64,000 bases of DNA from Planktothrix sp. GU0601_MAG3 (GCA_035193785.1 CP136572.1:1568001-1632000), one strand, 5' to 3'; numbered from the stretch's first letter, positions 1 to 11,379 are shown. Numbers and translations are program-made. The notes: a model not told the origin generated them from the letters alone.

Positions 1-24
1 TCTACCGTTGAAAAAACAGGAGCA

Positions 25-603
25 ATGGGACTGAGTAATCATCCTATTATATTAACCCAAGAATTTCGCAGCGATCGCAATATTGATTATACCCAATTGC
101 GGGATCTCCTTGCCCAACATAGTTGGAAAGAAGCTGATATTGAAACCACTAAATTAATGCTAAAAGTCATGGGTAAGAAATATTGGAATGAAGTTTATCA
201 GGAAGATATTGATAACTTTTCTGGTCAAGATCTCCAAACAATTGATCAACTTTGGGAACAATATAGTTATGGTTATTTTGGCTTTAGTATTCAGCAAACA
301 ATTTGGAGTGAAATGGGAGGTCAAATTGATTATGAAACGGAAAAGAGACTCGGCGAGCGCCTGGGGTGGCGAAAAGAAGATAAATGGTTAGACTACGAAG
401 CACTAACGTTTAAATTGTCCCCGATGACCCCCATGGGGCACTTACCCGCCCAATGGTTACACTATGACCCGAATTTTGAATTATCTGCCCAAGCATCAAC
501 AGAAAAACTTTCCATGGGAGCTTGGCGGGTGGGGTCTTGGTTAGTTTGGCAGATGCACTTATTTTTTTCCCGTGTAAAAAGTTGTAATGAAAATTTTCTA
601 TAG
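25..603 (+). CDS. GUN4 domain protein
   Basis: Motifs IDYTQLRDLLA, WKEADIET, IDQLWEQYSYGYFGFSIQ and GHLP are typical of the GUN4 domain. Confidence 0.85.
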   Translation: MGLSNHPIILTQEFRSDRNIDYTQLRDLLAQHSWKEADIETTKLMLKVMGKKYWNEVYQEDIDNFSGQDLQTIDQLWEQYSYGYFGFSIQQTIWSEMGGQIDYETEKRLGERLGWRKEDKWLDYEALTFKLSPMTPMGHLPAQWLHYDPNFELSAQASTEKLSMGAWRVGSWLVWQMHLFFSRVKSCNENFL

Positions 604-709
604 GTTAACTGCAAATTGATTAATCAGGAATTACGCAATTATGCTATATATATAGCGGATAAAAAATCGGGCAATTTTTGTTAATTTGGCTCAAAGAATC
701 GTTTAAGTT

Positions 710-937
710 TCATACCCACCAAGCCATAACAAATGGATTCCCAGCACGGGGATAAAAGTATGCCGCAATATTAGAAACAGCACCAGTGGTCATGCCAATT
801 CCCATCACAACCCAAGGTATACTCATTCCCACAAAGAAACCCCGAATCATTCTGATATAACCGGATTGCTGATCGGGTTGTTTTTTGATATAAGGTTGCG
901 CTCTCAGCCAAAAGTATTGAAATAAGATTTCCATCAA
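710..937 (-). pseudogene. Short membrane-protein fragment, probably truncated
   Basis: 75-aa hydrophobic ORF that ends abruptly inside a predicted TM segment. Confidence 0.35.
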
Positions 938-960
938 AAAATTCCCTGAATTTAACTGAG

Positions 961-1947
961 TTAATCAAATGAATCAGAGTTCAAAAGACTCAAGCTATTA
1001 CCTAAATTATCATCAAATATTGCACCCCGACTGATTAATTCATCTCTGGTTTGTTTGGCAAGACCTACATTATGTCTAAAATGAGCTTTTTTCACAGTAA
1101 TTTCTTTGATTTTAGTCAAACTTAAATTTGCCAAACTTAAATCAGCAAAATTCAAATTAGCAAAATTCAAATTAGCTTTAAATAGGTTGGCTTTAGTTAA
1201 GTTGGCTCGACTTAAATTACTCCCAATTAGTTTAGTATTGGTGAGGTTAGCTCGACTTAAATTGGCTCCTATCAAATTAGCTTGATTTAAGTTAGCTTCG
1301 GTCAAATTAGTTTTAGCCAAATTCACTTGACTTAGGTTAGCTTCACTCAAATTCGCATGACTTAAATTAGCCTGACTCAGATTTGCTCCCATCAGATAAG
1401 CTCGACTCAAGTTAATTCCACTCAAGTCAACTCCTTGTAAATTGGCTTTGCTCAAATAGACTTGATGCAGGTTGGCTTCCGCCAGGTTTGTATTGCCTAA
1501 ATAGACCCCACTGAGATAGGCTTTACTCAAGTTGGCTCCACTTAAATTGGTTTGACTCAGGTAAGCTTCAGTTAGGTCAGCTTCTCTGAGATTAGCTGCG
1601 GTTAAATCAGCACCAATTAAGTTAGAATTACTCAGGTTAGCTCCTGTTAAATCGGCATTCTTGAGGTTTGCTCCCATCAAGTTAACGCCCTTTAAATTGG
1701 CATGACTTAAATTAGCTTGACTTAAATTAGCTTCTGTCAGGTTAACATGGCTGAGGTTAGCTTGACTGAGATTAACCTGTCTTAAATCGGCTTGGGTTAA
1801 ATCAATACCCTGTAAATTAATCCCAATTAAATCATGGTTAGCATCAATACCAACAAGTTTAGCTAATGCTAATAAATTATTAGTCTCCGCATGAATCAGG
1901 GTTTTAATCTGGTTTTTTATTTTTTCTTTGAACTCTTGATCATTCAT
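961..1947 (-). CDS. Pentapeptide repeat protein
   Basis: Long run of A(N/D)LxX repeats. Confidence 0.95.
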   Translation of the reverse strand: MNDQEFKEKIKNQIKTLIHAETNNLLALAKLVGIDANHDLIGINLQGIDLTQADLRQVNLSQANLSHVNLTEANLSQANLSHANLKGVNLMGANLKNADLTGANLSNSNLIGADLTAANLREADLTEAYLSQTNLSGANLSKAYLSGVYLGNTNLAEANLHQVYLSKANLQGVDLSGINLSRAYLMGANLSQANLSHANLSEANLSQVNLAKTNLTEANLNQANLIGANLSRANLTNTKLIGSNLSRANLTKANLFKANLNFANLNFADLSLANLSLTKIKEITVKKAHFRHNVGLAKQTRDELISRGAIFDDNLGNSLSLLNSDSFD

Positions 1948-2060
1948 GGTTAAAGCGACCCTTGACTTGAATCATTTTTAAGAGGATGCTCATAAAACAT
2001 GGAAAAATCAATCTGGACATCTTTACTAATATTTTGAGGAAGGAGAAACCTATCTCACTC

Positions 2061-2978
2061 CTATGGCAAATTCCGACTCAATACCGCCTGTCTTAATTGT
2101 CCTTGATGCTGATCTAATAAATCTTGACCGGATACAGCATCTAATCCCGTCCACTGCATTAATAGGGCTAACTTAACGGACTTGCCACTTTTTTCTAATA
2201 AAATTTCAGCCGCGGCTCGATCAATTTCCGTCAAATCCATTAATATTCTTAGGGAGCGATCCTGTAATTTTTTATTAGTCACCGCCACATCAATCATGCG
2301 ATTCCCATAGACTTTTCCCAACTTAACCATCACGCTAGTTGAGAGAATATTTAACGCCATTTTAGTCACCGTTCCGGCTTTTAACCTTGTCGAACCCGCT
2401 AAGATTTCTGGCCCGACTAACAGACGAATATCCACATCCGCCTCAAATTCCACCTGCTCCACCGGAACACAAGCAATAAATACGGTTTTGGCTCCCCGTT
2501 GACGAGCCGCTTGTAACGCCCCCTGGACAAAGGGAGTCGTCCCTCCAGCCGTAATTCCCACCACCACATCTAAATGGGTAATTTGACGCAGGGCGATCGA
2601 CGTCGCCCCATCTTCGGCTCGATCTTCCAAATCTTCCGAACTGCGAACTAAAGCCCCGGCTCCCCCCGCAATAATGCCCTGAACCAGTTCCGGGGGAGTA
2701 CAGAAGGTGGGGGGACATTCGGCCGCATCCAAAACCCCTAAACGGCCACTGGTGCCCGCCCCAACGTAAAATAGATGCCCCCCCTGGAGCAGTGCGGCCG
2801 TGGTCAGATCAATGGCTGCGGCCAGGGATTCACGGGAACGGGCAATGGCTAACAAAGTTTGGACATCTTCCCGATTGAACAAATCCACCAACTCCAAGGA
2901 ACTCAGTTGATCTAAGTTCTGACTACTGGCGTTAATTTGCTCGGTTAATAAATGTCCCCGGGACTCCCACTGTTCCAT
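2061..2978 (-). CDS. murQ: N-acetylmuramic acid 6-phosphate etherase
   Basis: GAGTSGRLGVLDAAECPPTF and GPEILAGSTRLKAGT motifs. Confidence 0.97.
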   Translation of the reverse strand: MEQWESRGHLLTEQINASSQNLDQLSSLELVDLFNREDVQTLLAIARSRESLAAAIDLTTAALLQGGHLFYVGAGTSGRLGVLDAAECPPTFCTPPELVQGIIAGGAGALVRSSEDLEDRAEDGATSIALRQITHLDVVVGITAGGTTPFVQGALQAARQRGAKTVFIACVPVEQVEFEADVDIRLLVGPEILAGSTRLKAGTVTKMALNILSTSVMVKLGKVYGNRMIDVAVTNKKLQDRSLRILMDLTEIDRAAAEILLEKSGKSVKLALLMQWTGLDAVSGQDLLDQHQGQLRQAVLSRNLP

Positions 2979-3016
2979 ATTTAACTCAACCTTTGATTTT
3001 TACTATTGGGTCGCAC

Positions 3017-3409
3017 CTATAATAAACCTTCTAGTCGTTTGCGAATATCATCTAGTTCGGGCGAGACAAAATCTGTATCTTCGGATTTGTCTTCCTCGAT
3101 TTGCCAGTCCATTTGATCAACGTTATGTTCAGGGGGAATGGCCAACTCTCCAGACCCAACCCGTTCCCAGTCATAGTCAACCGAAACGCAAAATTCCTTG
3201 ATTTCTTCCTCGTCAATGGCTTCTATCGTAGCTGTGGGAAAATCCTGAGCTTCCAGAAGTATGCCAAAGCGGGCGGCATCGTCCTCATCTTCAAATATTA
3301 ACACCTTATTGCGATCGCCCATCTGAATCGTATGAATTCCTTCATTTTCTGTTCCAGCGTTGAACAGTAGTACATAAACTCGCATAGCTTTAGATGAAGT
3401 TGTGATCAC
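3017..3409 (-). CDS. DUF3110-like cyanobacterial protein
   Basis: VYVLLFNAGTENEGIHT and C-terminal ELDDIRKRLEGLL; likely start is MRVYV. Confidence 0.8.
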   Translation of the reverse strand: MITTSSKAMRVYVLLFNAGTENEGIHTIQMGDRNKVLIFEDEDDAARFGILLEAQDFPTATIEAIDEEEIKEFCVSVDYDWERVGSGELAIPPEHNVDQMDWQIEEDKSEDTDFVSPELDDIRKRLEGLL

Positions 3410-3531
3410 TATTGCCTTCCCATTTTACTCCCAAAGGGGGAGATTTTTGACAAGGGGGATCAGATTGTTTGGGTTCCCCGTCTTAGGTAAGATGAAATGG
3501 ATCGGAAAACTTATATTTTTTCAAACAATCA

Positions 3532-4659
3532 ATGCAGTTGGTTAATTTAGCTTCCCAATCCCTAGCTCTAAAACAGTTTATTCAAGATCAAACCCTATTT
3601 CCTGATACTTTTAATTCGGCAATTTGTGATCAGGATGAAATGTATTTATTTGCCTTGGCGAATCACGGTACACCCGATCGCGCCTGTATTCGTTATTATT
3701 TTAATGGACGTCGAATTTTAGATACGGTCAGACAGGTTTTAAAGTGGCAGTTTGGACAATTAGATCGGATTTCGTCCTGCTTGGATTTTGCCAGTGGTTA
3801 TGGTCGTTTTACCCGTTTTTTAGTTCAGGATATATCCCCCAAAAATATTTGGATTTCCGATATTTATGCCCAGGCGGTGCAGTTTCAAATCGAACAATTC
3901 GGGGTGCAGGGAATTGTTTCTACCACCTATCCCCAGGACTATCCGATCCAACAATCCTTTGATTGTATTTTAGCCTGTTCGTTTTTTAGTCATCTTCCTG
4001 AAGCTACCTTTTTAACTTGGTTACAAAAACTCTATTCTTTATTATCTCCCCAAGGAATATTAATGTTTAGTGTTCATGGTCGGGACTTATTACCCCCCCA
4101 TTTAGCTATTTATCCCTCAGATATTTTATTTATTCCCAATAGTGAAAGTAGAAGTTTAGATATGAATGAATATGGAACCAGTTATGTTGGTGAAAGTTTC
4201 GTAGCACAGAGTTTACAAATAATTAGCCAAGGGGAAGCAGTTTATTCTCGAATTCCTAAAGGAATTTGTGGTTATCAAGATTTATATTTAGTCACCCGTA
4301 CCCCTCAAAAATCCCTATCTTCCCTAAAATTTATTCACCATCCCCAGGGAAAAATAGAACGGTGTGAATTAACCCCAGAGGGAAATCTGTTATTAACCGG
4401 AAGCATCTTAGAAATTAATCCCAACGGTCAATTAGATTCCATTCTTATTTCAATTAATGGCAGATTAGTTCAAAATGGTTTATTTTCTGTGAAACCCCAT
4501 CATTCCGATGCTCAATGGTCTTGGTCTTATCAATTTCCCCTCACGGAAATTTCCCAGCAAGATATTATCTTAATTAAGGGGGTCAACACCCAAGGATTTG
4601 AATGGATTTTTGAAACAACAACCCTAGAAAATTTAATTCAATCCCACACTATACCATAA
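3532..4659 (+). CDS. Class I SAM-dependent methyltransferase with a C-terminal beta-rich domain
   Basis: LDFASGYGRFTR motif I and FDCILACSFFSHL motif. Confidence 0.85.
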   Translation: MQLVNLASQSLALKQFIQDQTLFPDTFNSAICDQDEMYLFALANHGTPDRACIRYYFNGRRILDTVRQVLKWQFGQLDRISSCLDFASGYGRFTRFLVQDISPKNIWISDIYAQAVQFQIEQFGVQGIVSTTYPQDYPIQQSFDCILACSFFSHLPEATFLTWLQKLYSLLSPQGILMFSVHGRDLLPPHLAIYPSDILFIPNSESRSLDMNEYGTSYVGESFVAQSLQIISQGEAVYSRIPKGICGYQDLYLVTRTPQKSLSSLKFIHHPQGKIERCELTPEGNLLLTGSILEINPNGQLDSILISINGRLVQNGLFSVKPHHSDAQWSWSYQFPLTEISQQDIILIKGVNTQGFEWIFETTTLENLIQSHTIP

Positions 4660-4888
4660 TTAAAGACCTCGATCCCATCAGCCGTTAGCCCTTTAAACGA
4701 CCTATACCAAACATTGTCAAAAACCATCCTGATTCTTTATGTTAACCGGAGTCTAATGATTAAGAGGAGCAGAGTGAAAAAACAACACAACCATTTATAG
4801 AAAAGTTTGTAAGGTATAAAAAATAGTGAATTAAGTGTAAAATGTTGTTTTTATTCTTACCCTTGCTTGTTGTTTACCATTAAGTACA

Positions 4889-5681
4889 ATGTCAAACTTT
4901 CCATCTGTATCTATTCCTGTGGCCAGAGAAACCAACACTGCTACCCCAGCCATTATTGTGTTTAACGATGAAGTGGATACACTCATCGGTGGTGAAGGTG
5001 CAGACTCCTTCTTTTTACGCCGCAATGGGGATCAAATTGCACCATTAACCCCTGCTGCATCACTGATTGGGACAAAAAATAATGATATTTTAGAAGGAAA
5101 CAGCGCTTCGTGATGTGATTGCTGGTCGAGATGGAAATGACACGATTATTGGTTTCCTGGGGGATGATTTTCTTGAAGGACAAAATGGGGATGATATTCT
5201 ATTTTCCGGTCGAGGGAATGATTTACTCATCGGAAGTAATGGGGTTGATACTCTGTTTGGTGATATCGGAATTGATACGGTTTATGGGGGGCCAGACCTC
5301 GATCTAGTATTTGGGAATAATGACGAGGATACGCTATTTGGTGATGGTGAAGATGACTCCATTTATGGCGGTCAAGGCAATGATAGTTTAATTGGTGGGA
5401 CAGGAAAAGATTTACTCTTAGGCGACCGAGGTAATGATACCCTGGTGGGCATTTCTAATGATAATTTAGGCTATACCCTGATTACGGATTTTAATGGGGA
5501 TGAAGATAAGTTACTCTTAGCCGGAACTCCAGATTTATATACTATTGGTAGTTTGCCCGCTAATGTACCTTCAGGAGTCGCAGTGTTCAAACTGAATGCA
5601 AATGGGTCACAACAGTTATTAGCCGTTGTTCAAGGGAATATTGCATCAACATTAGACAGTAATCAATATGTGTTTCTTTAA
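4889..5681 (+). CDS. RTX/hemolysin-type calcium-binding repeat protein (one apparent frameshift at 5097-5101)
   Basis: GGxGxDxL nonapeptides; deleting one A from GAAAC joins the two ORFs (EGTALRDVIAGRDGND). Confidence 0.8.
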
Positions 5682-5743
5682 TTCATAATTAACTCAGAAT
5701 AGGTGAATGATTAATTAGGGGTAATTCATGGATTGCCCCTACC

Positions 5744-6349
5744 CTATTCCCTATTCCCTAATGCTATATCCTGATTTTTTGAGGTGATCATTCTTCGATT
5801 TCTGAGTCTTTTTTTATCGTCTTCTATCGTATATTCTTCTAAATCATCATCTTGAGTGGAAAGAGAATCTAGCCTTGCTTGTATTCCTTGAATCGTTTCT
5901 TCGGTGACTTGAAAAGAATCCTGAAGATCATAAACAATGTCCTGCGCCTCACCAATTTTGGCATAAAATTCAGGAATAAAATCATCTTTAAGCGTCTCTA
6001 AATGTTGGGAGAATTTGCGACTATCTCGGGTAATTTTAAAAAACAAAATTAAAATACTTAAAACACTAGCAGTGGGAATTAAAACAGCAACTAAAATCCA
6101 AGTTGATAATAAAGGGTTAACTCGCCTAAAACTTTGGGAAATTTCCGTTTGAACTAAATCTCGGATTAAAATGCGATACCGCCTGGTGGTATCTATACCA
6201 TCGCCGCTAGTATAGGATATTGCCAAGGAATTGTCGGACAGGTGATTGATTAAATCTTGAGATTTAGAGGATTCATAATCCAATAAACTCGGAAAAAAAA
6301 CACTTAAACAAACGGAAAAACCAAGAAAAATTAATTCAATTATATTCAT
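5744..6349 (-). CDS. Membrane-anchored coiled-coil protein, paralogue of the N-terminal half of the upstream TPR protein
   Basis: N-terminal hydrophobic stretch, internal TM helix, and segment similarity to 6363..7718. Confidence 0.65.
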   Translation of the reverse strand: MNIIELIFLGFSVCLSVFFPSLLDYESSKSQDLINHLSDNSLAISYTSGDGIDTTRRYRILIRDLVQTEISQSFRRVNPLLSTWILVAVLIPTASVLSILILFFKITRDSRKFSQHLETLKDDFIPEFYAKIGEAQDIVYDLQDSFQVTEETIQGIQARLDSLSTQDDDLEEYTIEDDKKRLRNRRMITSKNQDIALGNRE

Positions 6350-6362
6350 TTAACTGCAATAA

Positions 6363-7718
6363 TTAGGAGTCAAAATTCAACTTTTTAAAGTTTTTATCCT
6401 GTCGAATCGGGTCAAAATCCGTTTCCCGTTTCACTAACTTTTGACAGGCTTCGGGATTTAACCTTATTGCCCGTTTTAGATTTTCCAGGGCTAACTCGAT
6501 TTGACCTTGAACCGCATAACATCGGGCTTTATTATACCAAATTCTGTAAAAATCAGGACGAATTTTAGCCGCTTGATTATAGGATGAAATCGCCTCATCA
6601 TACTTTTGCAGTTTAGCTAAAGCAAAGCCCCGATTATTCCAGGCATCCATATAATTAGACTTTAAATCAATAGCCCGTTGATAAGATAAAATCGCGGCCT
6701 CATAATGATTGAGTTTTCCTAAAGCCACCCCTCGATTATTCCAAGCATCGGCATAATTGTATCGCAATTGAATCGCTCTTTCATAGGAGACAATCGCCTC
6801 ATGATACCGTTGTAATCGAGTTAGTGCTACCCCGCGATTATTCCAAACTTCTGCTAAATCCGGTTTGAATTTTAACCCCTCATCATAACTTTGAACAGCC
6901 CCTTCTAAATCCCCTTCTAAAAATAATTTATCTCCCTGTTTGGCTAAACTAATTGCTTGTCTAAGTTGTTCTTCTGGTTCAACTTCTGAGGCTGAAGTTT
7001 CCGCCTCCGTTGTCTCGGAAGATTTTTCCCCAACTTCGGTTTTTTCAGTTTCTGAAGAAGATGGTAAGACAACCGGGATTAAAATATTCTCGGAATTATC
7101 AACCGGGGATGCTGTTTCAACTGTAGCGGATTGATGATTGGTTTCGGATAATAATTCTCCCATCTCTGAAGGGGATTCATTTTTTTCTGATTGTTCAATC
7201 AAAGCCGCTTCAATGACTGGTAAGGGAGTTTGAGTTGTTAGAGTTTGTAAGGTTTCATGGGCTAAATCATTTTTATTTTGCAATTGATATAAAATTTGTC
7301 TAGCTTCGGTAAGTACCCGTTCCATCTCCGTCAGGGTATCGGTTTTGAGACTTTCAATTTCCTGCTCTGCGGATGCCGTTTGTTGGGCTAATTTTTTTAA
7401 TAAAAACCAAACTCCACAGGCTGCGATCGTATTCAACAGCAGTAACAATAGTAAAATTAAACTTAATAATGCCAGATAGCGACGGAAAGTATTATCAACC
7501 TGATTTTCTACTTGATTTTTAATCTCTTGTTCCTGGACAGAAGATTCTGATAACGGGGAATTTTGAGCCACCGAATGTGTGGATAAGGCGGTAAAAAACA
7601 GTAAAATAGTAGCGGTAGCGATCGGGCTCCATTGATCAAATAGCTTAGGTGTGAGCTTCCCAACTGTCCCAAATCGACAAAAGGCGAAGGTGAGCGCAAA
7701 TTTGTTTTTGTTTTTCAT
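6363..7718 (-). CDS. Membrane-anchored TPR repeat protein
   Basis: Repeated AWNNRGVAL TPR units, a TM helix and an acidic linker. Confidence 0.9.
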   Translation of the reverse strand: MKNKNKFALTFAFCRFGTVGKLTPKLFDQWSPIATATILLFFTALSTHSVAQNSPLSESSVQEQEIKNQVENQVDNTFRRYLALLSLILLLLLLLNTIAACGVWFLLKKLAQQTASAEQEIESLKTDTLTEMERVLTEARQILYQLQNKNDLAHETLQTLTTQTPLPVIEAALIEQSEKNESPSEMGELLSETNHQSATVETASPVDNSENILIPVVLPSSSETEKTEVGEKSSETTEAETSASEVEPEEQLRQAISLAKQGDKLFLEGDLEGAVQSYDEGLKFKPDLAEVWNNRGVALTRLQRYHEAIVSYERAIQLRYNYADAWNNRGVALGKLNHYEAAILSYQRAIDLKSNYMDAWNNRGFALAKLQKYDEAISSYNQAAKIRPDFYRIWYNKARCYAVQGQIELALENLKRAIRLNPEACQKLVKRETDFDPIRQDKNFKKLNFDS

Positions 7719-7805
7719 ATCATCTAAGCGTTAATTGAGGAAATCCAAATTGGAGATCCCCAGGATCAAATTATTGAAGAACAGCAAGAATTAAGAAATA
7801 TTATC

Positions 7806-8423
7806 ATGTCTGAGTGGATCGAGATCGGGACTATTGTTGCGGCCCACGGGTTAACAGGAGAAGTGCGGGTTTATCCCAATTCGGATTTTCCTGAACGATT
7901 TATTGAACCCGGACAGCGCTGGTTATTACATCCCGGACAAACTGAACCTGAACCCGTGGAATTTTTGGGCGGCTATTTAATGCCCAGTAAGGGCATTTAT
8001 GTAGTTGAAATCGAAGGAATTGAAGATCGAAATCAGGCGGAGGCGTTACAGGGCTGTCCATTATTGATTACCGACCAAGATCGTCCCTATTTAGAGGAAG
8101 GCGAATTTTATGTTTTAGATTTAATTGGGTTGGAAGTCTTCGACCAAAGAAAAGCGGAAGTGATTGGAAAAGTCATAGATGTGATTTCCGCCGGGAATGA
8201 TTTACTGGAAGTGGAGTTAAATTCCCCAACTCCTACCCAAGATACCCTCGTTTCTGAACCAATGCCCGAGGGGGTTCATCGTAAATCTAAAAAGAAACGT
8301 AAACCTAAACCCCTACCTACGGTTTTGATTCCCTTTGTTAAAGAGATTGTTCCTATTGTGGATTTAGAACAAAAACGGATTGAAATTACCCCGCCATCTG
8401 GGTTAATTGAGGAAACGGTGTGA
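7806..8423 (+). CDS. rimM: Ribosome maturation factor RimM
   Basis: IGTIVAAHGLTGEVRV, EFYVLDLIGLEV, LIPFVKEIVP. Confidence 0.95.
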   Translation: MSEWIEIGTIVAAHGLTGEVRVYPNSDFPERFIEPGQRWLLHPGQTEPEPVEFLGGYLMPSKGIYVVEIEGIEDRNQAEALQGCPLLITDQDRPYLEEGEFYVLDLIGLEVFDQRKAEVIGKVIDVISAGNDLLEVELNSPTPTQDTLVSEPMPEGVHRKSKKKRKPKPLPTVLIPFVKEIVPIVDLEQKRIEITPPSGLIEETV

Positions 8424-8484
8424 ACTAAATCTTTTCTTAACAGGCTGTGTGATAGACTCTAATCTTGCTGTCTGAGATCTTGCC

Positions 8485-8755
8485 ATGACTGACTTAATTA
8501 ACGATTCACTAGAAAACCTACCGCGCGAGGTTAGGGTGAACCAACTTCGCAATTTGATCGAAACCCTGCATATTGCTGATGAAATTGCTACCAAGGGCTA
8601 CTTAATCAGTAGTTTCCGAACTGGCTGATCTCATGGATATTAATGCCAGCGCTGTTACCAGTCGAGGGGATAACTGGGCATGGCGCAATTGGGAAGTATC
8701 CAGAGTGCGGCGAGAAGGTAATCAAATTCTCTGGCAGTTGGAACGAGTTAACTAG
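8485..8755 (+). CDS. Conserved cyanobacterial small protein of about 89 aa, absent from the ORF track (apparent frameshift at 8612-8616)
   Basis: Manual translation after removing one T from GTTTC: MTDLINDSLENLPREVRVNQLRNLIETLHIADEIATKGYLISSSELADLMDINASAVTSRGDNWAWRNWEVSRVRREGNQILWQLERVN. Confidence 0.75.
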
Positions 8756-8839
8756 CAGTTTGCTAACCATTGATTGTTTATTGTCGAGCACTAATTTAGC
8801 CAGACAATAAACAATCGATTTATGGTCAATTTTTAGGTT

Positions 8840-10069
8840 TTAATTCTTTTCATAGGTTCTCCCTCGCCATTGAATTTGAGTTTGAGTTGCTGATATCCAT
8901 AATCTTAATACGGCGACCGGATCAGCTAGGGGAGATAACCAAAATACCCAAGGCATTTGGGCTTGACTCAAATCATAAGATAAGGAAATTGCGGCGGTTA
9001 ATATTATCCGTAGAAACACTAAAAAACCGTTTAATCCTAATAGGGTTGAACTTAAAAAACCGGGTAGGGATAGACTAGAGGAAAAGATGAGATTAATTAG
9101 TAATAATGGTAAGGGTAAAGCCTGAACTGCTAATAAGAGAAATAAATCTCCCCATAGTTGGGTTTTAGAACAAGCATCCTTGAGATCGAGCGATCGCCCC
9201 CAACCTTCCCAAGTATCTTTTAAGCCATCATACATTCTCACTGTTAACAAATTGGCTCCATCTAAAAACCCGACTTTAAAGCCTTGTTGAGCGATATTTC
9301 TAGCTAGGGTAACATCATCACAAAAGGAATTTTTAGCACCTGAATATCCCCCCACTTTTTCTAATACCGAACGCCGACATAAAAAACACTGACCATTCGC
9401 CATAACCCGTTCGGGTTTTTGGGGTGATAAATCCGGTGATCCAAACCGATAAACTAAAGTCATTAATAGGGCAGGTTGTAACCACAATTCCCCCGGATAT
9501 TTCAGAATAAATTTACAGGATAATGATAATAAATCATATTGATTAGCGATCGCAGTTTTCACCACACTCGCCACTAAACCCGGTTGTGGTATAGTATCCG
9601 CATCAATGCCCAAAATCCATTCACTTTTTTCAGAACTATTTAAAAAACCCGTATTTAAAGCCCAAGGACGCCCCACCCATTCTGGAGGTAAAGGATCATC
9701 TAAAATTAGTCTAAATCTGGGATCGGATTTAGCAAATTGCTTAACAATATCTTGGGTTCCATCCTGGGAATGACTATCAACAATTAGGATTTCTCGTACT
9801 TCATAACTTTGCCTTGTTAGCCCTTCTAAACAGGGCGTTACCCGGGCGGCTTCGTTCAAGGTGGGAACGACAATACTCACCTTTCCAAACAGTTCTAAGG
9901 TCGGGTTTTGGGGTTGTAGAGGCGGAACCCGAATCGCCCCTTTGAATAACCGAGATAATAAAATAATTGCGGCGGGAATTTGTAACAGTAATATCACCCC
10001 AAAAAATAATATAACCCAGGAATTAGTCTCGGAAAAATCGGGAATTGTTAACAAAATTGGATGCAACAT
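8840..10069 (-). CDS. cruG: Carotenoid 2'-O-glycosyltransferase (GT2)
   Basis: GT2 motifs VPTLNE, IDAD, ANGQCFL and DDVTLAR; directly downstream of cruF. Confidence 0.88.
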   Translation of the reverse strand: MLHPILLTIPDFSETNSWVILFFGVILLLQIPAAIILLSRLFKGAIRVPPLQPQNPTLELFGKVSIVVPTLNEAARVTPCLEGLTRQSYEVREILIVDSHSQDGTQDIVKQFAKSDPRFRLILDDPLPPEWVGRPWALNTGFLNSSEKSEWILGIDADTIPQPGLVASVVKTAIANQYDLLSLSCKFILKYPGELWLQPALLMTLVYRFGSPDLSPQKPERVMANGQCFLCRRSVLEKVGGYSGAKNSFCDDVTLARNIAQQGFKVGFLDGANLLTVRMYDGLKDTWEGWGRSLDLKDACSKTQLWGDLFLLLAVQALPLPLLLINLIFSSSLSLPGFLSSTLLGLNGFLVFLRIILTAAISLSYDLSQAQMPWVFWLSPLADPVAVLRLWISATQTQIQWRGRTYEKN

Positions 10070-10149
10070 TAAAATTAGTATATAAGAGAATAGGAAACAC
10101 AAAGGTACAAAGAAGGACAATTAAGAGAATATTAAATATTTTCCCATAA

Positions 10150-10177
10150 AAAAGAATGGGCAAAGCCCATCCTCTTT
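10150..10177. terminator. Stem-loop between cruF and cruG
   Basis: ATGGGC-AAA-GCCCAT flanked by A- and T-rich tracts. Confidence 0.45.
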
Positions 10178-10189
10178 AAATCTTAATGC

Positions 10190-11108
10190 TTACTTTGCAA
10201 CCACTTCAACGGCTGAGGGAGTAATATTATCGCTAGATAATAGACTTTCCATGGTATCTAAAGAGGGTTTAGCATTCCACCAGAAAATGATCGCTGGAAT
10301 CACTCCAAATAGAATACTTAAAGCCACGGGGAACAGGAAGCGAGCATCTAATTCGACAACGGTAATCGCCGCTCCAAAAAAGAAATTGGTGATATAAACA
10401 ATCAGGGGTAAAGTTAATTGGGAGCGAGATAAAGCAATTGGAGTTTTGCGCCAGAAAAATGCCCCGACGCTCATAAAAATAAAGCCCGTTCCCATCCAAC
10501 CCACTAAATTTCTATAGGGCATTCCAAAGAATTCACCCACTTCTTGAAATTGCCAAAAGGGAAAAGTAGCTTGACTCATGGCGGGGTCTAATACTAAGTC
10601 CCAAGCGGTTAGTAATACGGCCCCTAATGCCAAGGCTGAGAGTTGACGTACCCAACTGTCTCCCATTTTTAATTTTAAACCAGCCCGGGCTAACAAATAG
10701 CAAGTTAAGCCCATATAGAACCAAGATAAGGGAATAGTGAAGGGAACCAGTCCGGCGATTTTATAACCTAAACCACTCAAATATTGATAATGACCAAAGG
10801 GAAATCCGGTGCTAGTTCCTAAAAGTTCACTGGATAAGGATAACAATAGGGAGGGAATCATAAAAGCTAAGGTTGTTCCTAGCCCTAAAGTCCTATGGCC
10901 ATATAATGCCAGCGTCGCCGCCCCAAACACAATATAAGCTACGCCTCCGGTCGCCATACTCCAGACGAAGATATTCATCCCCATAGGAGGTAAATTAGCG
11001 ACCAGTTTCAGGGTTTGGGAGAATAAACAATAACCCTGCTAATCCGAATAGGGTTGACACAACGTGAGCCGTGAGGCAAAATCGTTCCGCAATTGACTTG
11101 TGCTTCAT
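10190..11108 (-). CDS. cruF: Gamma-carotene 1'-hydroxylase CruF (apparent frameshift at 11005-11009)
   Basis: SELLGTSTGFPFGHY, VPFTIPLSWF and WDLVLDPAM motifs; N-terminus from ATG 11108 is restored by a one-base deletion. Confidence 0.88.
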
Positions 11109-11379
11109 GGGACTCCTTGAAAAAGTATTAAGATACGTCAAGCGTTTTGGGTGAATTTTACAAATCTTTAAACAAGGATATACCCTTTTGTGCTAGATCA
11201 GGTGTACTCTCCCCCTGATATCCCCGTAGGATAAGTCTTGTTAATAGTTTGAGTCACCTAGAGGTTGTTTTTGTAATTTAACTTAAGAATTTTAGAATAG
11301 ACGTGCTGCGGTAGGATGGGAGTGCAAATCGGATGTCGGTTTGCATCAACTACGCACGTTTAAAAGGGGAAGTGGTGTA

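Noticed and set aside
11157..11174. HLR1/RpaB site upstream of cruF (TTTACAAA-N2-TTTAAACA)
   Set aside because: The second half-site is degenerate and the context is AT-rich, so it is too weak to call.
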